Part shown: positions 34,151 through 40,263 of the stretch, piece after piece
Position numbering within the stretch: position 1 is the first letter of the stretch
Layout: every line of letters begins with the position of its first letter
Source of the DNA: Candidatus Ventrenecus avicola
GTDB taxonomy: Bacteria; Bacillota_I; Bacilli_A; RF39; UBA660
Assembly (NCBI GenBank): GCA_018711945.1
Contig: DVHP01000100.1
Coordinates: forward strand, 1-40,263
Direction of reading: 5' to 3'
Length of the DNA: 40,263 nucleotides
Program-made: the position numbers and the translations under genes
Notes under the pieces: generated by a model
Database searches by the model: none
What the model saw: the letters and a program-made list of their open reading frames with translations, nothing else
What the model was told of the DNA's origin: nothing

Positions 34151-34700
34151 ATTCCTGTCTTCTGTCTAAAAAGTTTTTTACTGCAACTGCTCCATTTTCA
34201 AAGTAGGTGACTTTGATATTTTTTTCTAAATCTTGATATTCTTTTACTTCAATTGTTTTAAAATAATTGATATAAGCATCTAATACTTTTAATGCTTCAA
34301 TTTGTGATTCTGTTGGGGTTTCTGGAATTAGCAATTGTCCATGAATTCCATGTAAAAAGAATGTTGGTCCCTCATATGTAGTGGTGTTGTTAAAGATAAT
34401 ATCGCCTTCTTTTAAAAAATCGTAAATTGGTGCGAAGATATTTCCTTGTAATACTTTTTCTTTTAAATCTGTTCTGTCAGGAAAAAAGTTTTCTATTAAT
34501 TTTGCAATATATTGGCGATGTTCCATACATTTTTCCTCTTTGCCAAAGATAGAAATCATTTTTTCGTCGTTGCTTAAATCAGAATATAAGATGGTTCCAT
34601 CTGGACGAATTAGAACAAATTTTGGGTGAGTTTTTCGGTTTTCGGTGGTCCCTATTTCTTTTGTGTAATCATTTTGATTCATAAAATCTATCATTTGCAT
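34137..34700 (-). CDS. hypothetical protein (187 aa)
   Basis: ORF with a GGAGG-type RBS (aggtaat). Overlaps the downstream gene by 14 nt. Confidence 0.65.
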   Translation of the reverse strand: MQMIDFMNQNDYTKEIGTTENRKTHPKFVLIRPDGTILYSDLSNDEKMISIFGKEEKCMEHRQYIAKLIENFFPDRTDLKEKVLQGNIFAPIYDFLKEGDIIFNNTTTYEGPTFFLHGIHGQLLIPETPTESQIEALKVLDAYINYFKTIEVKEYQDLEKNIKVTYFENGAVAVKNFLDRRQEYGRH

Positions 34701-34958
34701 AAAATTACCTCCATTTGTTGATATTATAGCATTTATTTTTTTGATATGAAATACCTTGTTTGTTTTATGATAAATTTTATTTTAACTACTTTTATTGACT
34801 TAGTTAAATATAGTTTAGAGATAATTCTAACCTATTTTAAGTAATAAATTGTATTTTTGTATACAGTATAGTTATTATTGATGGCGGTTAATTAAATGCG
34901 ATTTCTTCTTTGAAGCTTTTAAATTTTGTAGCACATTTCTGTGCATTTGATTAAACCA

Positions 34959-35414
34959 TTAAATTTTTATTGTGCCATCTTTTATTTTATCTATTATAGC
35001 TTTGGCTCTAGATTCCATATTTGGTAAATCGTTAAGTGAAAAAAACTTTAATTCTTTACTTTCGTTATCTGATACTTTAATAGTACCAGTGTAATTTAAT
35101 ACTTTAAATAAAACTATGACGGTACACATTTTATCTCCATTAGGATATTCAAAATAATACTCTTTTCCAGATAATACATCAACAAGTTCTAAATTTTCTG
35201 CAGTAATACCAGCTTCTTCTTTTAATTCTCTTATAGCAGTATCTCTAATGTTTTCATATAATTCCATAGAGCCACCTGGAATACCCCAAGTATTTGTATC
35301 ACTTCTTAAATTCAATAACAATTCATTTTTGCTATTAAATACTAGTGTAGTTGCACCAAGACCTATAAGCGGATTATGCCCAACATATTTTCTTAAATTC
35401 ATAATATATCCCAT
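34959..35414 (-). CDS. Nudix hydrolase
   Basis: Nudix box GGSMELYENIRDTAIRELKEEAGIT. Confidence 0.85.
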   Translation of the reverse strand: MGYIMNLRKYVGHNPLIGLGATTLVFNSKNELLLNLRSDTNTWGIPGGSMELYENIRDTAIRELKEEAGITAENLELVDVLSGKEYYFEYPNGDKMCTVIVLFKVLNYTGTIKVSDNESKELKFFSLNDLPNMESRAKAIIDKIKDGTIKI

Positions 35415-35447
35415 TTTTTAACCTCACTTTCATTACTAATATTGTAG

Positions 35448-35532
35448 CATATCTAGGTATTTATTTGAAACAAGGTATACTTATCTTTATTGAATTTACT
35501 TTGTTTTTTGTTAGGTATTTTATTAATTTTTT
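35448..35532. repeat. 85-bp promoter-module repeat, copy 1 (upstream of the Nudix gene)
   Basis: Aligns without gaps to 37225-37310 with about 11 mismatches. An extended -10 (TGCTACAAT) lies just downstream of the repeat edge on the minus strand (plus-strand 35439-35447). Confidence 0.8.
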
Positions 35533-35551
35533 CCCTCCTTCTTTTTAGGCA

Positions 35552-35575
35552 ACAAAAAAGAGCAATTTCTTACTC
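35552..35575 (-). terminator. intrinsic terminator after the QNG1-like gene
   Basis: On the minus strand gagtaa-gaaa-ttgctc is followed by T6. Confidence 0.6.
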
Positions 35576-35593
35576 AATTGAAAATACATCAAA

Positions 35594-36526
35594 TTAATAA
35601 TTTGTACATCTAGTTAAATGATATGGTTTTAAAGTAAGGTTTTTATTTTTCTTTTGCATAAATAAATAATCATTAATATCAATGCTATTATATTTATGAT
35701 TCAACTTTTGATTAATCATATCTATTACAGTAAGCATATTTGCACGAATTTCAACTTCGTACATTGAATTAGCAGGAATTTCAATTTGATTATCAACTAT
35801 TTTTGATAATTCATCATCATAATTTAATATTCCTATTCCTCTCAAAATCTGAGGTATTTTATAATCAGCACAACCTACTAAATGTGTGTAATCAACTTCG
35901 GTTTTTTCTTTTTGTTCTCTGATATGTAAAATATCTGAGGTTAATAATTGTGCTAACTTATAAAAATATATTGTTTGATTATTATAAGTTCTTTCATCTT
36001 TAAAGCTAGGGAAATATTTTATAATTGTTTCAAATAATTCTGCATCTGAAGTAATATGCTTTGTATATTGATAAAAGTTTCCTTGCATTTTTTCATTTAC
36101 AATAGTACTTATTTCTTTTATTATTTTAAATCTTTCTTCTAATAAGGGAATTTCTATATTTCCCTTTAAAATATTAGAAAAACATTCTTGACTAACATTT
36201 GAAAAATCAGTAGTTTTTGATTTCTTAACGTACTTTAATAAAGCATATAATAAAGCAATTGAACCATCTAATTTATCAGAATCTGTTTCTATAGACCATT
36301 TAGGGCTTCCCCAAAAAGAGAAATCAATTGATTCATAAATTAATAAAAAATTAATAATTGTTTCAACCGGTAATTCTAATAATCCAAATGGAGATGATGA
36401 AAGCCAGTGTTCCATTTTTATATTTTCAATTTTTTCTATAAATTGATTTAATTTTTCTTCATTTATAGACACATACTTTGAATTTTTTGATACATATTTA
36501 CAGCTTTCTATTATATTTTCTAACAT
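35594..36526 (-). CDS. queuosine-salvage family protein (DUF2419/QNG1-like)
   Basis: 310 aa. IYESIDFSFWGSPKW...DGSIALLYALLK matches the remembered DUF2419 core. Confidence 0.65.
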   Translation of the reverse strand: MLENIIESCKYVSKNSKYVSINEEKLNQFIEKIENIKMEHWLSSSPFGLLELPVETIINFLLIYESIDFSFWGSPKWSIETDSDKLDGSIALLYALLKYVKKSKTTDFSNVSQECFSNILKGNIEIPLLEERFKIIKEISTIVNEKMQGNFYQYTKHITSDAELFETIIKYFPSFKDERTYNNQTIYFYKLAQLLTSDILHIREQKEKTEVDYTHLVGCADYKIPQILRGIGILNYDDELSKIVDNQIEIPANSMYEVEIRANMLTVIDMINQKLNHKYNSIDINDYLFMQKKNKNLTLKPYHLTRCTNY

Positions 36527-36547
36527 AAATAATTAACACTCCTTACA

Positions 36548-37195
36548 TTATTTTTTTCTTGTTATTTTATTATCGGCATAGAATTTATATACAGGACTTC
36601 CATACATTCTTCTAAAACGTTTTTCAATAAAATCTATATTTTCCCCATATCTACTTGCTTTTTGTTGCCAGTATTTTTTATATCTCTCTGGACTATATTC
36701 ATCCTTTTTAAAATAATTTTTTTGATAATATAATGAAAAGAAAAGATCTGTTAAATCTAAATCTACTAAAGTATCAATTCCATTTTCTAAACAACATTCT
36801 GCAACACGTTTTACACAATCACTAAAGTGAAAGCCTCCAATCACAATTTTATCTACAAAACCAAGTTGATTAATTAAGTATTGTTCATTCGGATATTTTA
36901 TATCCTTATCTTCTTTTTCAGTTCCATCTTCATTATATCCACTAGCTTCTTTAAAGATAATATCAGTATATATAATTCTATCGTTTGGCATAGGGTTAAT
37001 TCCAAACATTTCTTTATCAGGGTACAAGACATATACTATTTGATAACCTTGTTTTCTATATCTTTCATTTATACATTCATTAAGAATATCAAAAGGTTTT
37101 TCTCTTTTCATTTCTTCATAAAATTCATTTGGAAATAAGAAAACTTTATTAAATTCTTGTATGGGATATAAATATAAAAAGATTTTATTTTCCAC
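36548..37195 (-). CDS. hypothetical protein, possibly a divergent isochorismatase/cysteine-hydrolase fold
   Basis: KIVIGGFHFSDCVKRVAE resembles the Cys motif. The N-terminal catalytic Asp position is not conserved (LYPIQEF). GTG start lies 8 nt after GGAG. Confidence 0.4.
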   Translation of the reverse strand: MENKIFLYLYPIQEFNKVFLFPNEFYEEMKREKPFDILNECINERYRKQGYQIVYVLYPDKEMFGINPMPNDRIIYTDIIFKEASGYNEDGTEKEDKDIKYPNEQYLINQLGFVDKIVIGGFHFSDCVKRVAECCLENGIDTLVDLDLTDLFFSLYYQKNYFKKDEYSPERYKKYWQQKASRYGENIDFIEKRFRRMYGSPVYKFYADNKITRKK

Positions 37196-37224
37196 ATTAT
37201 CATCTCCAATTGATATAATTTTAC

Positions 37225-37310
37225 CATATCTAGGTATTTACTTGAAGTAAAGTATATTTATCTTTATTAAATTTACTTTATTTTTTATTAGATATCTTAT
37301 TAATTTTTTT
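37225..37310. repeat. 85-bp promoter-module repeat, copy 2 (upstream of 36548-37195)
   Basis: See copy 1. An extended -10 (TGGTAAAAT) lies just downstream of the repeat edge on the minus strand (plus-strand 37216-37224). Confidence 0.8.
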
Positions 37311-37413
37311 TAAACACATAAAGGAAATTCTAATTGTTCTATGGTTATTTTCATTTAAGTAAACCTCCTTTCAAACATGAAAAAAAACCATATCAACGAG
37401 TGATATAGGATAT

Positions 37414-37445
37414 TTTTATAAAATAAAACTCACACGAGGTGTGAG
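37414..37445 (-). terminator. intrinsic terminator after the AlbA_2 gene
   Basis: ctcacac-gag-gtgtgag. On the minus strand it is followed by TTTTATTTT. Confidence 0.7.
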
Positions 37446-37456
37446 TAATTCTCTCA

Positions 37457-37502
37457 ATGGAGCGAATGACGTAGTTATTTACAACTTTTCATTTCTCAAT
37501 GA
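37457..37502. repeat. degenerate direct repeat A flanking the AlbA_2 gene
   Basis: atggagcga...agttatttacaacttttc resembles 38991-39036, roughly 70% identical by eye. Confidence 0.5.
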
Positions 37503-37529
37503 TTTTGTATATAAAAAATCAATCCAATA

Positions 37530-38837
37530 TTATCTTAACACATAATAGGTGTTTTTACCAGTATTTTCTTTTTTTATTATATTTTTTTTCAGCAGTTCAT
37601 CAAGAATTTGATATGCTCTTGTTTTAGAAATGCTTAATAATTTTTCTGCTTCATTTCTATTAATTTTATTATATTCTTTTAAGTAATTAATAATTATATC
37701 TGTTTGTGACAAACTTGGAGAAATAATATTTGATCTATTCGAAGCTTCTACGTAATTCATATTTGGAAGTATGATAGAGAATGTATTTTCAGTTGCATCA
37801 AAAATTGGCTTTTTATCGTATTGGGCGTAACTATCTATGATTCTTCCGATACCAGTTCCAAATGATTCAACATATCCAAATCTATAAAATATATTTGCTA
37901 AATTTGGATTTCTAGATAAGGATACACCTTTAAATATTTCTTTCATAGTTATTCCGTCTATTAATCCACCCATAGAAAGTATTTCAAATTTATCATCATA
38001 AAGTGTTACCATTATGCTACTGTCAAAATAATAGCTTCTATGTATTACAGCATTTAATAAGGCTTCTCTTAATGAATACTCTGGATAATCTCTTGTGTCA
38101 ATTCTTTTTAAACCAATGATTTTACCACTGATTTTATTAAATAATTCAAAATATTCAAATATGTCATCAACTTGTTTTAAAATTGAACCAGTGAATTCTT
38201 TTCTGTCACGGAATTCTATTTTATTCGTCCCATTAAATATTGCACATTTTATGGTATAAGGACATTGATCAGATAATAGCAATCCTAAATTTGTATATTT
38301 ATTTTTATCATTAATAATATTTAGTAATTTGTACTTGTTTTCATCAAATGTTAAATGATTATCTTTAAATTTTTTTTCTAAATAATCAAAAGTTAAATCT
38401 TGTTTTCTAGAAATCATTTCTTCAAATCTTAATGAAGCATGTTCAAATATCATTTTTCTTATCATTTCATCAGATGCTGAAATAGAAGAAGCTCCATGTC
38501 TTAAATATACGCCACTTGGTTTTAGACCTTTATCAGCCAAATAATAAGGTTTATTAGGACCACTTTGAATTTCAATAATAATTATGTCTTTATCATCAAG
38601 CTTTTCAGTTTTAATTTGTGTATATTCTATTAATGATGGTTTAATGCCTTCATTAATCATTCCAGTTAATGACTGCAATGTATCATCTATATTATTCACT
38701 CCAAGAATGGTGTTTTTATCATCTATACCGATATAGATTTTGCCACCATTAGTATTTGCAAAAGCAATAATTTCCTTTTTAATATCTTTTGTTAATATAC
38801 TTTTTAATTCACAATATTCATTTTCAATTAGTTTCAT
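37530..38837 (-). CDS. AlbA_2 (Schlafen-type) domain, HATPase_c_4-like domain and C-terminal wHTH protein (often annotated 'RecG-like' or 'transcriptional regulator')
   Basis: ENEYCELKS...IIAFANTNGGKIYIGIDD, and a C-terminal ...AEKLLSISKTRAYQILDELLKKNII. ATG at 38837. Confidence 0.75.
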   Translation of the reverse strand: MKLIENEYCELKSILTKDIKKEIIAFANTNGGKIYIGIDDKNTILGVNNIDDTLQSLTGMINEGIKPSLIEYTQIKTEKLDDKDIIIIEIQSGPNKPYYLADKGLKPSGVYLRHGASSISASDEMIRKMIFEHASLRFEEMISRKQDLTFDYLEKKFKDNHLTFDENKYKLLNIINDKNKYTNLGLLLSDQCPYTIKCAIFNGTNKIEFRDRKEFTGSILKQVDDIFEYFELFNKISGKIIGLKRIDTRDYPEYSLREALLNAVIHRSYYFDSSIMVTLYDDKFEILSMGGLIDGITMKEIFKGVSLSRNPNLANIFYRFGYVESFGTGIGRIIDSYAQYDKKPIFDATENTFSIILPNMNYVEASNRSNIISPSLSQTDIIINYLKEYNKINRNEAEKLLSISKTRAYQILDELLKKNIIKKENTGKNTYYVLR

Positions 38838-38882
38838 CAGTATCACCCAATAATATTATATATAGTTATAAAAATATTTCAA

Positions 38883-38917
38883 CACTTTTCGTTCACTTTT
38901 CGTTCACTTTTCGTTCA
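38883..38917. repeat. three perfect tandem 11-bp repeats (cacttttcgtt) abutting the -35 of the AlbA_2 gene promoter
   Basis: cacttttcgtt occurs three times. On the minus strand the array runs directly into TTGAAA-16 nt-TATAAT. Confidence 0.9.
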
Positions 38918-38952
38918 TTACAAATTTTTGAAAATTTTAAATTATTTTATAA

Positions 38953-38978
38953 AGAAAAAATCGAACTAAAAAGTTCGA
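38953..38978 (-). terminator. orphan minus-strand terminator
   Basis: tcgaac-taaaaa-gttcga is preceded on the plus strand by an A-run, which is a T-run on the minus strand. Confidence 0.5.
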
Positions 38979-38990
38979 CAGTTATATCTT

Positions 38991-39036
38991 ATGGAGCGAT
39001 TGGTTAAGTTATTTTCAACTTTTCCATCACAATTGA
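38991..39036. repeat. degenerate direct repeat B
   Basis: See repeat A. Like A, it sits about 12 nt upstream (minus-strand sense) of a terminator hairpin. Confidence 0.5.
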
Positions 39037-39153
39037 GAATTAATACATACTAGTATCAATTTCTATATACATATTAACACAAATTATTAATATTTCCAAT
39101 ACAAATGCCAAAATTTGTAAAATTAATGGTATAATTAATATGGAGTGATTATA

Positions 39154-40263
<1,110 letters not shown>

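Noticed and set aside
35415-37330. preQ1-type riboswitch upstream of the QNG1-like operon or the Nudix gene
   Set aside because: The leaders downstream of the predicted -10 elements are only about 20-30 nt. They lack the hairpin plus A-rich tail of preQ1-I as I remember it.
33668-38846. Integron-like cassette array or prophage/ICE, suggested by same-strand genes each with its own promoter and terminator
   Set aside because: No integrase, attC-like imperfect palindromes, or phage or conjugation genes are visible in the window. The repeated module is a promoter, not a recombination site.

Overview
AT-rich, standard-code (TGA, TAA and TAG all terminate long ORFs) chromosomal segment, most consistent with a low-GC Bacillota genome; the taxon is inference only. 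No rRNA, tRNA or CRISPR array was seen. Layout: (1) 1-7100 is an accessory patch holding two unknown minus-strand genes, an ISAs1-family IS, a small operon with a His/Gly/Asn-rich Cys-domain protein, a YcxB-like membrane protein and an AraC/GyrI-like regulator whose 3' end is duplicated 769 bp downstream. (2) 7175-9723 is a HerA/FtsK-like P-loop ATPase plus a Cys-rich repeat protein. (3) 9872-21124 is unusually dense in modified-base and nucleic-acid-end enzymes: 2 UDG-superfamily proteins, 3 ASCH domains, an EndoIII-like HhH-GPD domain fused to a Ppx/GppA domain, and a three-domain Pnkp (kinase/phosphatase/ligase). It also contains three decayed genes. (4) 21377-31173 is a housekeeping block: CcdA-thioredoxin fusion, tex, asnB, PAP2, YtxH, small alarmone synthetase, mutY, DedA. 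(5) 31186-37195 holds nucleotide sanitation and salvage genes (NDT-like, 2 Nudix, HD, QNG1/DUF2419-like, cysteine-hydrolase-like) with a duplicated 85-bp promoter module. (6) 37530-40263 holds an AlbA_2/Schlafen-type ATPase-HTH gene behind three 11-bp tandem repeats, then an AAC(3)-I-like GNAT and a 3'-partial, clearly diverged homologue of the bifunctional AAC(6')-Ie/APH(2'')-Ia, which is not in the ORF track because it runs off the window. Best candidate for an undescribed system: the minus-strand cluster 16019-21124. There Pnkp is partnered by a Ppx/GppA-EndoIII-like fusion and a translationally coupled UDG-superfamily protein, with an ASCH gene upstream, instead of the canonical Hen1. This suggests a self-contained excise/heal/seal module. 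All functional calls rest on motifs read by eye from the translations, and no database search was run.
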